From contig NC_087436.1 in NCBI RefSeq assembly GCF_036321535.1, forward strand, positions 87,360,001-87,424,000: 64,000 nucleotides of DNA, in the 5' to 3' direction. The notes under the pieces are model-generated. The model ran no database searches. It worked only from the letters and a program-made list of their open reading frames with translations, and was not told where the DNA came from. The DNA comes from Camelus dromedarius (taxonomy: Eukaryota). Position numbers and translations under genes: made by a program. The stretch's first letter is position 1. Every line of letters begins with the position of its first letter. Shown here piece after piece: positions 1 to 12,062 of the stretch.

Positions 1-119
1 CATCTTTTTTTTCCTTGTTATTTGCACAATGGAACCTGAGTTTGATAACAGTTCAGATGCTTTGACTGAGGGAGTGGTTGGCCCACTCACAATCAGGGAG
101 TTTGTGCAAGTAGTTTTTA

Positions 120-375
120 TTTTACTTAACATTTTATTATGGAAGTGTAAAAAATTTAGAAAACGTGAAGGACTCTTACAGCAATCCCTCACATAGCTAC
201 TACGTAGGTTCTACAATTGACATTTTACTATACTGGATTTATCACATTTCCATCCATCTAGCCAATCCCCCATCCATCCATCAATCCATTCTGTTTTTTG
301 ATGCATTTCAAAGGAGTTGCAGACATCAGTATACTTCCCCTCAAGTACTTCAGCATGCCAACATTAACTAGAGCT
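120..375 (-). mobile_element. Old LINE-1 3' end fragment (L1MC-like)
   Basis: T-rich start followed by sequence resembling an antisense L1MC 3'UTR (ttgcagacatcagtatacttcccctcaagtacttcagcatg). Recalled consensus. Confidence 0.6.
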
Positions 376-1677
376 GTGAAAATCTTTTAACATCAAAAGA
401 ATTAAAAATCGCTTATCTGGAGAGGAAAATAAAGCCCTTGGATCTTTGAAAACAAAAAGATAAAATTATAATTTGGACACTTGGATGAATTTCAGTGTTT
501 AATAGCTAAAGCTCAGAAAAACAGAGACAAATTGATGATACAGCTTATGATGATGGTAGAAAACAAACCTCTAAACCCTTGAACTTTCACCAGAGGGCTT
601 CAAAAGTCATTCATCTCCCAAGAGAGGCATTTTCTGCAAAGCCCAGTTCCAATACGGCTGTGAATGAATGTCCTCTCTCTCCCTCTCTCTCTCTCTCTCC
701 TGTTACATGCAGCCAAATCCTAACAAAGGCAGAGAAACAGAACAGAGGTTTCTACCTGCAAAGGCAGAAGGTCATTAGCTAACCTGGCTGTGGTTTCAGC
801 ATTCTGTATAATCTACTAACCAGTCAATTAACTCCCAAGAAAGTGAGAGGCTACTATAGGCTAGTTCTAGTAATTTCTAGAAATCAAAGTGCTAAAAAAA
901 TGTAGAGCTCTTAGCACTTGCACCACCAAAATGTTACAGAAAAGTGGCCACATGACAAGGAATTAGTTGATTTGGCCTCTCTGCATTCTAAACACATCGG
1001 GACCAGTCTGTGTTTAGGAGAGAATATTTAATAAGCTTTGAAAATGCTAAGAGACAAATCATCTTGGTGTCAGTATTGCTAATCCAATTTCTGACCTAAC
1101 TGCGTGCATAGAATTTTCTCAGTGGATTTAACATTCAATGAACTTCACAGAAATCTAATTTCCATTCCTAAACTTCTGTTCTGTAGTGAGCTGTGACCGC
1201 CTCCATTTACTGTTGAAGATAGTGCCACAGAGGTTTTCCTCTCTGATTGGTGCTTGATCATAAATGTAAGGCCTTGACTTTTCTGGCTTATATCCATGCC
1301 AGACAAGAGGGGTCTATTAGGTTCCTGACCTCTGCTTGGAACTCTTTTGGAAGCTGAAGATTCAGAGCATTGGTTCCTGGCTCCAGGAAGTAGCCTCCCA
1401 CTTCCTCCTACCTTTCTGTCTGGTCCCACTGCTATGACAAGGATTTTAGCTCCTGATGAAGACCTGGCTCAGGAAGGATGGAGGCTGGCCGCAGCCACTT
1501 GGCTCTAAGGGACCTGAGAAAGGGGACTCTTCGTCTCCAAGGTAGCTCTCAGTAAAGGGAGGCCTTGGGAGCCATGGCCAACCACTATCTCAGGAGGCAT
1601 GGGGTCTAAGGAGGAACATTGGAATTAATGGTGGAGAGAAAAGAAGGACTCATAGAAACTTTCCATCCCCTGCTAGA

Positions 1678-1890
1678 CATGCCTGCCCCCAGTATTTGCA
1701 GGGCTCAGGGCAAAGTACAAAGGGAGGTTTGTATACCTTATATCTAAATGTGTAGAAGGTATAAACTAACTTAACAAATTGTAAAGCAAAATGATATCCT
1801 CTGACCTTGACAGACATACCTTTATAAAGACCTAGAAGGGCAAGTTTGAATTTGGAATTCCTGGACTCCTCTGAGATCTGAGCTTGGACA
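1678..1890. mobile_element. hAT-Tip100 DNA transposon fragment (MER115/Zaphod-like)
   Basis: cagtatttgcagggctcagggcaaagtacaaa...gaattcctggactcctc resembles the recalled MER115/Zaphod end. Confidence 0.5.
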
Positions 1891-2307
1891 GGGTAGCAAA
1901 GGAAGACCAGTTTCCAGCCACAGCCTTCAGCCTGTTCCTCTTTCCCTCCCTCCTACCCCCAGTCCTGCCTCCCACATCCTTGCCTTTCTGTCTAGCTCCA
2001 GCCACATGCCTACCAACAGGGACACTGTGGTCACTCCTCAGGTCTAGGGGAGCAAGCTTACTGGGTGTGGTCCTTTCTCAGGAGCACAGACTGCTGGGGA
2101 ACATCTTCTTGGCCCACAGATTCCTCACCTAGGGGGCAGGGATGCAGCCCAGCATTGGCCAGAGCAGGATACTTTGAAGCATAAGGCCCTTTTGCCTGAT
2201 TCATGGCAGTTTTACAGGAGCTTTCATGGATTTTCAGGTGAAGCTTAGGTCTCAAAGAGGTGGTGGGGACAGGGATGGGGTGGGGGTACAGATCACTGCT
2301 TGGAGCT

Positions 2308-2690
2308 CATTTATTCGTTTAACCAACATTTCTCTGAGTGTGTTTTATATGCTGCTGATACAGCTGCAAACAAGACAGATACAGGCACTTCCCTCAGATG
2401 GCTTTCAGTCTAGAGGTAGACATTACAGACCTTACACAGCTCATCACATCAATACTTTGACCACAAATGTATTGAGTGCTGTGGAAAAGAAATACATGGC
2501 ATCAAAAGAGTGTTCAACAGGAGGACTTGACTTGGTCTAGGAGGCAATCAGAGGAGGCTTTCTCAAGGAAGTGATATTTAAGCCCAGACATGGAGGATGA
2601 GTAAGAATTATTCAAGAGGAGACTCGGGAGTGGGTGGGGGAAGGGTTTCATACAGAAGGAGCAACATGTGCATAGGCTGCAGTGAAAGCT
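2308..2690 (-). mobile_element. L2 LINE 3' fragment
   Basis: catttattcgtttaaccaacattt start and gaggaggctttctcaaggaagtgatatttaagccc, typical of antisense L2. Confidence 0.7.
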
Positions 2691-3393
2691 GGGATGCCCA
2701 AACTGTGCTGTAAATCAGGGGGAAGAGGTAGGGGTGAAACTCAAGAGAAGGAAATTCCTGACAGGTAACTTATCAGCAAGCTGGAAAGTGGAGAGGACTA
2801 AAGCGAGCTGAGTTTCTACATGGGCCAGACTTTGCAGCACACGTTGTCTCCATCATCACTGAGCATGACTTCTTCCTGGAGGGTTAAGCATCATTGTCCC
2901 ACGTTCATATGGGGAAGATGAGGCTCAGAGACTTAAGTAATTTTTCCCAAGGATGCACTTATATTCAGAAATGGGATTGTATGCTCTGTAAGTACTTAAA
3001 AGAAACAAATAACTCAGTGAATTGGGTTTTAGTGAATTGTTCTCTTCCTTTCTTTTTAACATGTAGAAATTGAAGCTCTGTTGAAAATAATATCAGGATG
3101 GTATGAAGGTAGATTGCAGAATATGTGTTTATTGGGTTTTCTTTTTGCTTAAACTTCTTTTGACACATCATAATCAAGCTATTTGTAACTTGGAGAAACG
3201 ATGTCAGTGTCTTGGGTGGTCCCTGACTTCTGGGTGGGGGTTTAAAAGAGAGAAGTGATATTCTCATAAAATATCTGTTTATTGACGTAGGTATTTAAAG
3301 AAAGAGAGTGAAAGAGTAAGCCAGGAAAGATGCAGGGAGTGAGGGAAGAAAGAAAGAAAGAAAGGAAAACCCCTCCTGTTAGCATCTGTGTTT

Positions 3394-3480
3394 GCACGCA
3401 CACACTCACACACACTGACACACATACACTCACACACAGACATACACACACACTCACACGCACACTCACACACACCCCAC
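3394..3480. repeat. Interrupted (CA)n microsatellite
   Basis: Directly visible. Confidence 0.9.
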
Positions 3481-3609
3481 AAAAATTGATGAGTTCTTCA
3501 GATTAGACCTTGAAATTATGACCTGTTTCTGGAAACTAATGGGGCAGGGTGCTGGCTATAGCCCAGTTTTCAGTACAAATGACATAGGATGTGAATGTGG
3601 GGCAATCAG

Positions 3610-3815
3610 CATAGCACAGAATGGCTCTTGAGAAACCCGGGGATCTGAAGTCATCCCACCTGTCTGAAACCTCACCTCCCACTTGTCTGCTGTGACCTTG
3701 AGGAAAGCATCTAGCTTTGCTGAAATTCTGTATCTGTAAAATTAAGCTAATAATGGTACCTCCCTCATAGAATTGTAGTAAAGTTTAAATTAAATGAAAT
3801 CATCCATGTACAGTA
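3610..3815 (+). mobile_element. MIR SINE
   Basis: ctgtgaccttgaggaaag...tctgtaaaattaagctaataatggtacctccctcatagaattgt matches the MIR core. Confidence 0.7.
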
Positions 3816-4198
3816 GGTTCTTTTGGATACCACCTCACTACTTCTCTATTTCTTCCTTGCTGACAGATTACAATTTTGTTGGGGGACCTCAGGATAGCTG
3901 AGCTCCATCTCCAGGCCCAGGGAGACCAATTAAAATGATTTCTCTCTTTTTGTCAGGAATATATAGGAACTAATTTCTTCTGCTGTTTCTTCTATGTTGT
4001 GATATTGGGAGCTGTGGCAGCCATTCTGAAGCCATGAAGGAAACTGGCTGAGGACAAGCCATCCCACTGAGAATAGAGTGGAAATGAGAGAAGGACCTGG
4101 GTGGCCAATGTTTAGCCACTGAATTATTCAAACCTGAAGACATTTGACCTCTGGTCTTTTTGTAGATTATAAATGTCCTTGTTGTTTAGGCCAGTTTA

Positions 4199-4227
4199 TT
4201 TATTTTTTGGCAGGAGAGTAATTAGGC

Positions 4228-4277
<50 letters not shown>

Positions 4278-4352
4278 TTAATGGAGGTACTGAACCGAGG
4301 ACCCCATGCATGCTAAGCACACACTCTGCCATTGAGCTATACCCTCCCCCCC
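4199..4352 (-). mobile_element. Vic-1-type tRNA-Ala-derived SINE (camelid) with (TAA)n expansion
   Basis: Minus strand reads ggggggagggtatagctcaatggcagagtgtgtgcttagcatgcatggggtcctcggttcagtacctcca, then an A-rich tail. TSD aggccagttta (4188-4198) / agaccagttta (4353-4363). Confidence 0.9.
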
Positions 4353-4956
4353 AGACCAGTTTAAATCTGGTTCTATATAAATGTTGTGCAGAGCATCCCA
4401 AGGGGACACCACCACATAGATCACTGATGCACAGTGGAGATGCAGCAATGAAGCACAGCCAGTGGAAAGTGCATCAGGCTTAGAGGCAGGAGACACAGCT
4501 CCAGTACCAGCTCCTGGGCCAGAAATCGACTTCACTGGCTGTAGCTCACCACTTCTACTAACGTGGGCTCTCTCATCCTCTGGACTCTTGAATCTTGCTT
4601 GCCTAGGCCTGTGGTATGGATCAGATTCTTCCTATGTGAGCTGACTTGACCCACTCAGTCTTCCCTTCCCAGATACTTCCCTGCAGAATCACCAGTTGGA
4701 TCTCTTCCTCTGTCCCCCATCCCCAGCCCACCCTGCCCTAGGATCCCAGCCCTTACCTGCTATACCTACAGTTCCTTCTAGAACAGTCCTGCCCACCTCC
4801 CAGGTCGATGCCTTCTGCACCAGCTTTGCCTGCTTTATGTATGTCTGAGTGAAACAGAAGGGCAGTATTACATTTTTGAATCACACTTGAACTTGTCTCT
4901 AAACTAAGCATGAATGAGGGGAGCAAAGCACTGACCCCAGGTACTCGCAGGCCCTA

Positions 4957-5182
4957 GAACAAGATTCTCAAGTTGGGGGTGGGGGGAGAGCTATTTTGTC
5001 AATGAGAGAACACTGGCAGTGTCTGGAGGCATTTTTGGTCTTATAACTGGGGGGTGCTACTGGCATCTACTAGGTAGAGGTCAGGGAGGCTGTAACACAT
5101 CCTCCAATGCAAAGGACAGCCTCCTATGATAAAGAATTAATCTGGTCCAAAATATCAATCATGCCGAGGCTGAGAACCCTTG
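4957..5182 (+). mobile_element. MER20 (hAT-Charlie)
   Basis: tgtctggaggcatttttggtc...ggggtgctactggcatctactaggtagagg...gccgaggctgagaaccct matches recalled MER20. Confidence 0.85.
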
Positions 5183-6434
5183 CTCTAAAAAGTGAAAATA
5201 TAAAAAAAGACACCACATTCCAAGGTTTTCATAGCTTTGCAGCATCTCCACCCCCCTTCTTCCACCAGCAGGAATCCTATACTCTTCTGCTGAATGACTC
5301 TTTTGTATTCTGTGTGGCTCAGACACACGAGGAGGCCTCCTGGACCCGGATATCACTTATCTCACTGGGCTTCCTCTGGCCCCTTCTGGTTTTTAAAAAA
5401 GGACCGTTTGAATAATGAAAGCTTACTTTGGGGACAGGAGCCTTTGATCTTCCAGGCCTTTTCCTGTTTCCCAGAGGATTTGGTTCTCTCCTTCCTTCTC
5501 TTCAGCGTGATTCTAAAATCATATAACCGGGTCCTTAATCAAACTCTCTTTGTAACGGTAGCAGATTGTAGCCTTAGGAAATGAGACCATATCTTAGATT
5601 GGTGCTGCCCCTGATAAGGTTCAGATTTACAGTCTGCTCTGCTTTTGCAGAAAGCTAACATCTTAACAGCCAGGGTGGCCTTCATCCATCATTCCAGTGA
5701 AACTTTATTTTTGCAGAATTTCCTTTCAAGATGGTAGATTATTACACATTCCAGGGCAGGACATGAGAAAGGCGAGTCCATCACTGATAGATAAAGGGGA
5801 CTAGTGGGTGATCTCTGTGAGGGAATATGAGGGGTCAAATCAGATCAGTGAATTTTTTGACTTGCTGGGTTAACTCAGAATTATCTATTAAGTGACCTCC
5901 AAGTCTGGAAACTTCCTAGCTCTGAAAGATGAGAGGTCACTGCTCCAAAACAAGAAGAAATACCAGCTTGTGCCATGAAGGATTGTGGAGCTGTGGTGCC
6001 AGAAAGTCAAAACTGGGAGCTTAATTTTTATGTTCCATAAAGTGGGATGGGACTTTTATAACTATGACCTTAGATCTTACAGTGATTTAGACCAAAGAGA
6101 TTTCACCTACATAGTGATTTCATTTGCCCCTCATCACAGTGCCCCCGTGTGGTCGGCATGTCAAGTGTTATTACTCATTTTGGGCCAAGAGGAAGGAGAA
6201 GCTATGAAGGTTAAATGACTTACTAAGATCAACACAACTTAAAGCTGGATTGACTCACTGTGAGATGCGTGACTTCTGAGCATAGCCAAATAGTTCAGAT
6301 CTCCCAGAGGACAGTTCAGATTTAAAGCTGTTCTTTATCCTGATATGTTCCTTTCTCAGATAACAAGTCCTAATTTCTTATTCAGAATATACAGTTATTG
6401 GAACATAGACCTGGAGTGGTCAAGTAAGAATTCC

Positions 6435-6730
6435 TTCATTTATTCATGCAGCTAACAATGGTTTTGTTTTGCACGTTATGTGTGAAGTTTTGTATTAGGG
6501 GCTGGAGAGGGAGTGGGGAGACAATGATAAATAAGATAGAGAATGTGATTTTTGCCCTCAAGTGGCTTGTAGTCTTCTAGAAGATGCAGACATGTAAGCC
6601 ACCAGCAGCCACATAGGCAGAAGGGCTTGAAAGGGGCAGAAGTCACAGTCTGGAAACCAGAGTGGAAGAAGTTCCTTCTGAGGGAGAAGAGCAGGCGTAT
6701 CAGTTGGGTCTCGGAAGAGCAGGGTTCTGA
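6435..6730 (-). mobile_element. L2 LINE fragment
   Basis: cattTattcatgcagc start and gccctcaagtggcttgtagtct. Confidence 0.55.
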
Positions 6731-7170
6731 AAATCTGAGAAGGTGAGCCTAGCACAGAGAAGCCGGAAACACTCACTCCAAATTCTTGGCATCGTCAGTG
6801 AAGCTTTACCCAAAGTTTTACATGGAATGTCAGCTTAGGTGCTTTCCATTCATGACAGTGTCTTAGGCTGCAAATCTGTGATCTGTTCACACAAGGGAAA
6901 TATTCTGTCGCTTTTCCTTCTCAGAAATGAGTGTGCCTTTTGGTTAAGGGCACAGACTAAATGGAACTTTAAAAAGAGAGAGTTATCTGATTTGTCATTT
7001 CAGTTTTCAAGGTCAATGCGACCTTGATCATTTGCCATTTTTGTATCTTCTTCCTTGCACAGTTTGGTAAAAGCTTCTATGACTGGATACAGATACAGGC
7101 ATGGATATAGATTTATATGTAGACGTAGATACAGATATAGACATGTGTGTATGGATAGATATGCACACAC

Positions 7171-7482
7171 TTTTTTAAAATTGAGGTATAGTCAGTTTAA
7201 AATGTATCAATGTCTGGTGTACAGTGTAATGTTTCAGTTATACATATACACACATATTCATCTTCATATTCTTTTTCACCATAGATTTCTACAAGATATT
7301 GAATATAGTTCCCTGTGTTATACACTATAAACTTGTTGTTTATCTATTTTATATGTAGTAGTTAGTGTCTGCAAATCTGGAGCTCCTAATTTATTGCTTC
7401 CCACCCCCTTCCTCCCCTGGTAACCCTAAGTTTGTTTTCTATGTCTGTGAGTCTGTTTCTATTTTGTAAATAAGTTTATCTG
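7171..7482 (-). mobile_element. 5'-truncated artiodactyl-type LINE-1 3'UTR
   Basis: Poly-T, ttgaggtatagt, gaatatagttccctgtgttatac. Homologous to the copies at 9.2-10.0, 18.6, 24.5 and 56.0 kb. Confidence 0.9.
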
Positions 7483-7740
7483 ACACACATACTTTTGAAA
7501 TCTATGTACCAGGCACAGTGATCGTATCACAACTCAATCTTCATAGGTCTGTGAGTTACGTAGGGTTGTTATTCCAATTTTCTAGTTAAAGAAGCTGAGA
7601 TCCTGTGAACTAGAGTGGTATGTTCACAATCACACAGACATTGAATGACAGACGGGATTGAGAAGTGTGTGTTTCATTCAAAAGCCCTGCTCTTTCTACT
7701 ACGCTTCACTGCCTCTATGTCTATAAAAGAGGATCCACCC

Positions 7741-8203
7741 TGTGTCAGACACTGACCATTGTCCCCCAGAATCCATTATCCTTTTTTTCCTTCTAATGAT
7801 AGAGCTGACTCTCTCCCACCCCGACCAGTCTCAGCAGAGCCCCTGGCCTCCCAGCTGCGGCTCACGTCCCTAAGCTTTGCCTCGTAGCCAGGCGTGACCT
7901 TGGGATGTCGTTCTCCCGGGTAGACCTGGGAGGAGTAACTGTGAGCTCCCTGGGCAGCACATCCTTAAAGAGGGTTTGCCTCCTGTCCACTTTCTTTCTT
8001 TTCCCCTTCTGTAGCCTGGAACACGGTGGCGGTGCTGGTGGTCCTTCCTGATACGGTAGAGCAACAAGTTAGAAAGAATGTGAGATCCTGGACAGTTTGA
8101 GTGTGGACCACTCACCTACCTCTGGGCAGTCAGTGAGAGAGAAACTTCTTCTTTCCTTGAGCCATTGTAGTTTTTCATATTCTAAATTATTCCCTAACTA
8201 ATA
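7741..8203 (+). mobile_element. Old ERVL solo LTR (LTR33-like)
   Basis: Starts tgtgtcagacactg...aatccatt and ends gagagaaacttc...ttgagcca...cctaactaata. Resembles the element at 10979. Confidence 0.55.
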
Positions 8204-8847
8204 TAATCCATGATGCAAGAGCACTAGTCAAATTTTCCTAGGGTGTCAGAGCTGATCCACTCCAAACGCATAGAAAGTGCACATTGTGTATGTGACATGG
8301 ACCATTTCCTGAGCATCTACTCCATGCTGGTCTCATACCAGGACATCCCCACCATGCAAGGGGGGCTTGATGAATCTGTCTCAGCACCAACACCCAGTCC
8401 CGTGGCAGGGGTCCCAGCTGACTTTGAAAGGGACTGTTTCAAATCTTTTTCCATTGAACATATTTGCAACTGAGCTAAGTGTCTTTTCAAGCACAAATAA
8501 AGCCTTAATAGCTTCTGAAACACCACACGCGCGCGCACACACACATACAAATGGGTTGCTAACTTAAAGGCCCATGACAAAGGTCTATTTGTCTCTGGCA
8601 TTATCAGGCTCACTCCCTAAACAGTGTGATCCCGGATGGCTCTGTTGCATTAGAAGCTGCTGCAGCCTTCGGATGTCAAACCACGTCCTGCACAAAACTA
8701 ACATCAAATGGCCAGAGACTGTAATTGCTCTTGCATCCATACTGCTAATCTCTGGACAATAAGTCTGCTTTCCCATCACTGAGCAGAATGGCTCAGATCA
8801 CCATTATATTGCCCTGTAACCTTCTAATCAAATGAAGGAAACACACC

Positions 8848-8878
<31 letters not shown>

Positions 8879-9204
8879 CAATTTCATCACTAGTATTCTG
8901 TGTTATCAGTTACCTCATTGACCTTCGCTGTGAATGCTCACCAAGCAGACATGATCTACTACCTGTTTAAACCTGGGCTTCTGAATTTTGCTCTAATTGC
9001 TCTAATCATCCATTCTAGCCCTCACCAGGATGCAGCGGAAGTCACACTTACAGTATGAGACTGCTGCACGGGGCTTGTGTGGAAGAGGCGGGGGATTTAT
9101 ATAGGAAATGGAGGTCCCTGGATTGGCACTAACTGCTGATCCAGGAGACTACGAGCCATCCTAAATGAGAGCCAGGCTTGTTTCTTGAGAGTGACTTGTC
9201 CTAA

Positions 9205-9904
9205 CCCTCCTACACTGTTGGTAAGAATGTAGTTTGGTCCAGCCATTATGGAAAACAGTGTGGAGATTCTACAAAAAAACAAAAATAGACTTACCATTTG
9301 ATCCAGCAATCCCCTTCCTGAGTATATATCTGGAGAAAAGTTAATTCTAAAAGACACATGCACCCCAATGTTCACAGCAGCACTATTTACAATAGCCAAG
9401 ACATGGAAGCAACCTAAATGTTCATCAACAGAGGCATGGATAAAGTTGAGGTATCTATATGGAATATATATATGTAATAAATATATATAATAATATATAA
9501 TATATATGGAGTATACAATGGAATACTACTCAGCCATAAAAAGAATAAAACAATGCCATTTGTAGTAACATGAATGGACCTGGATATTGTCTTCTAAGTG
9601 AAGTAAGCCAGAAAGAGAAAGAAAAATACCATATGATATCATTTATATGTGGAATCTAAAAAAAAAAAAAAGACTCAGATGAACTTATTTATAAAACAGA
9701 TACAAATTCATAGACATAGCAAACAAACTTGTGGTTACCAGAAGGGAAAGGGGATGGGGAGGGATAAATTGGGAGTTTGGGATTTGTAGATACTAACTAC
9801 TGTATATAAAATAGATAAATAACAAGGTCCTACCATATAGCACAGGGAACTAGATTCAATATCTTGTAATGGCCTATAATGAAAAAGAATATAAAAAGGA
9901 ATAT

Positions 9905-9951
<47 letters not shown>

Positions 9952-10035
9952 CATATATATATAAATGAATTACTATGTTGTACACCAGAAATTAATGTAA
10001 CATGGTAAATTGACTATACTACAACAACAACAACA
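9205..10035 (+). mobile_element. 5'-truncated LINE-1 (ORF2 C-terminal end plus 3'UTR) with 17-bp TSD
   Basis: gatccagcaatcccc, cacagcagcactatttacaatagccaagacatggaagcaacctaaatg. Perfect TSD agagtgacttgtcctaa at 9188-9204 and 10036-10052. Confidence 0.95.
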
Positions 10036-10978
10036 AGAGTGACTTGTCCTAAGAAATGGTGTTGCTCGGTAGATCTCCACTATAGTGAAGACCTAGCTTG
10101 TGAGTTCTAACCCTCTGGGGCATGCTATTTAGCTCTGCTTTTTCTCCAGGCCACACCTCTGGTCCCGACTGGCTGGCTGGTGAATTCCACCTCACCACTA
10201 GTGCCCAGGACACTGGGAAATTTTAGCGTGATTCAATCACAGAATGTCTATCATCTCTAGATAATGAGAAATTAAACCATGAATGGAAAGATTTTTAATC
10301 ATTGGGAGCTATAGACTTCTTGATTAGCTGATTAAATCTACAGAAAAATGCATATTTGTACATAATTTTACACATTTCAAGGCTGTCTGTGGAACTCTGT
10401 TGAAGCCCATCCATGAATATCCAGGTTTATATGTCATGCATTTGTGCCTGTTTGATAGTAGTACATTTGCATTAAATATGTCATAATATTCAATATTGTC
10501 ATGCATTTAAGTTTGAAATTCCTTAAATTTCAAGAGTTATAACATGGACAAGAATTATAATATGTTGGCCTGGTGCAGTCCTATGTAGGTATTTTATGAG
10601 ATGTATAGAGAACCGAGTATCGCAGCCTTGATTTTTCCATTTGGTCTAAAGATTTCCAGTCAAAATACTTATTTTTAGAAATATTCAGAAAATGAGGTGA
10701 CAGAGTGAGTGAGGAAAATGGTAGGGACTCAACGTCCAGGAAATCTCAATTCCATCCATATGTAAATCATTTAATAGCTTATAAATGATTTAGCAGCTGG
10801 TCACTGGTCCCAGAATAAATCTTCTAATAGGCAAGAAGCCTGCCTCATTTTCATTGTTAGAAGATCCAGCCTAAAATTGATGTAATACTTTGAGCTGTCT
10901 CATTTTGTCTAGTGGTATAAAAATTCATAACTTGATCCTAATTAAAAAACAGAAATCCCCCACTATTTTCTCACCATC

Positions 10979-12062
10979 TGTGGCAGAGACTTAGTTTTCC
11001 CTCAACATCCATTTCCTCCATCCTCAGTGGAGAGCTCTGCGATGCTGGCTGGACACGTGACTGCCCAGAATAAAGACATTTCCCAGCTGCCTTTGCAACT
11101 GGATGTGGCTATCTGACTAAACTCTGGCTTATGGGATGGAATTGATTTGTGTAACAGTTAGGGAATTTAATGGTGGTGGGGAGGGTTGTTCTTCTCTTGT
11201 TCTTTACCTCCTTCGTGCTGGTTGGCGTGTAGACATGAGAAAGGGCCATCCTGGACCACAAGGTCCAGATGCATGTGAAAGATAGCAAACCGAGGGCAGC
11301 GGGAACCCATCCCGTCATTGTGGGGCTGCCCCAGCAGTCCCGAACTGTTTCGGCCACCAGTACCACCCCCACGTTTGGAGATGTGTTAGGAGGACTCGCA
11401 GGACTCAGCATACAGCTGAGCACACGACTAAGATTCATTACAGCCATGTCGTCAGGATACACAGTCCAATCATAAGGGGAAAAAACATAGGTGGAATTTG
11501 GAAGAATTCATGTGCAGGCTTTCTTGTGCTCTCTGTCTCCTTTAAGGGGTCACACAGAACCCCTCATCCCTCAACGGTGAAAATGTAGCAACATGCATGC
11601 GATGTCTGCACAGGAAAGCCCACCTGTCCAGCACCCAGTGGGAGTTGCTTCTGTAAGGCACCCTCTGCCCAGCACATACCAAAGTTCCAGACTCTCTTGG
11701 GGAAATGGACAGGTGGTCGAGGCACAGGCTTCGTGGGGTAAGACCCTTGATCTCAGTTGTACAAAGGGATCCCCAGCTATTGTCTTGCCTTCCATGCCAG
11801 AGATGGCTATTGTAGCGCAGTATCAGCTCATTGCTGACTCAGACGCCCCAAGAGCCAAGTTCCCAGATGCCAGCTTAGGGCTGACCTTGCAAGTAGGCCT
11901 CTCTAACGAGAGCAGTTTCAGGGCTGCTAAGTCAGCTCTTCTGCACATGCATGAGCTACATTTACCTGAAAGAGAAATCAACTTTCAACTTGTTTGAGCC
12001 GATGTTTCTCTGGGGTTTTTGGGGGGAAGTCTCTTTTAGCCAAATCTAATTCTAACAAACAC
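10979..12062 (+). mobile_element. LTR33-like ERVL LTR, interrupted by the LTR at 11346-11947
   Basis: 5' part tgtggcagagac...gactgcccagaataaagacatttcccagc. 3' part resumes at 11948 (gagaaatcaactttc...ttgtttgagcc...ctaac). Confidence 0.6.
11346..11947 (-). mobile_element. MER68/MER77-family solo LTR
   Basis: Minus strand starts TGTGCAGAAGAGCTGACTTAGCAGCCCTGAAACTGCT...TTGCAAGG...GGCATCTGGGAACTTGG and ends CA. Confidence 0.75.
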
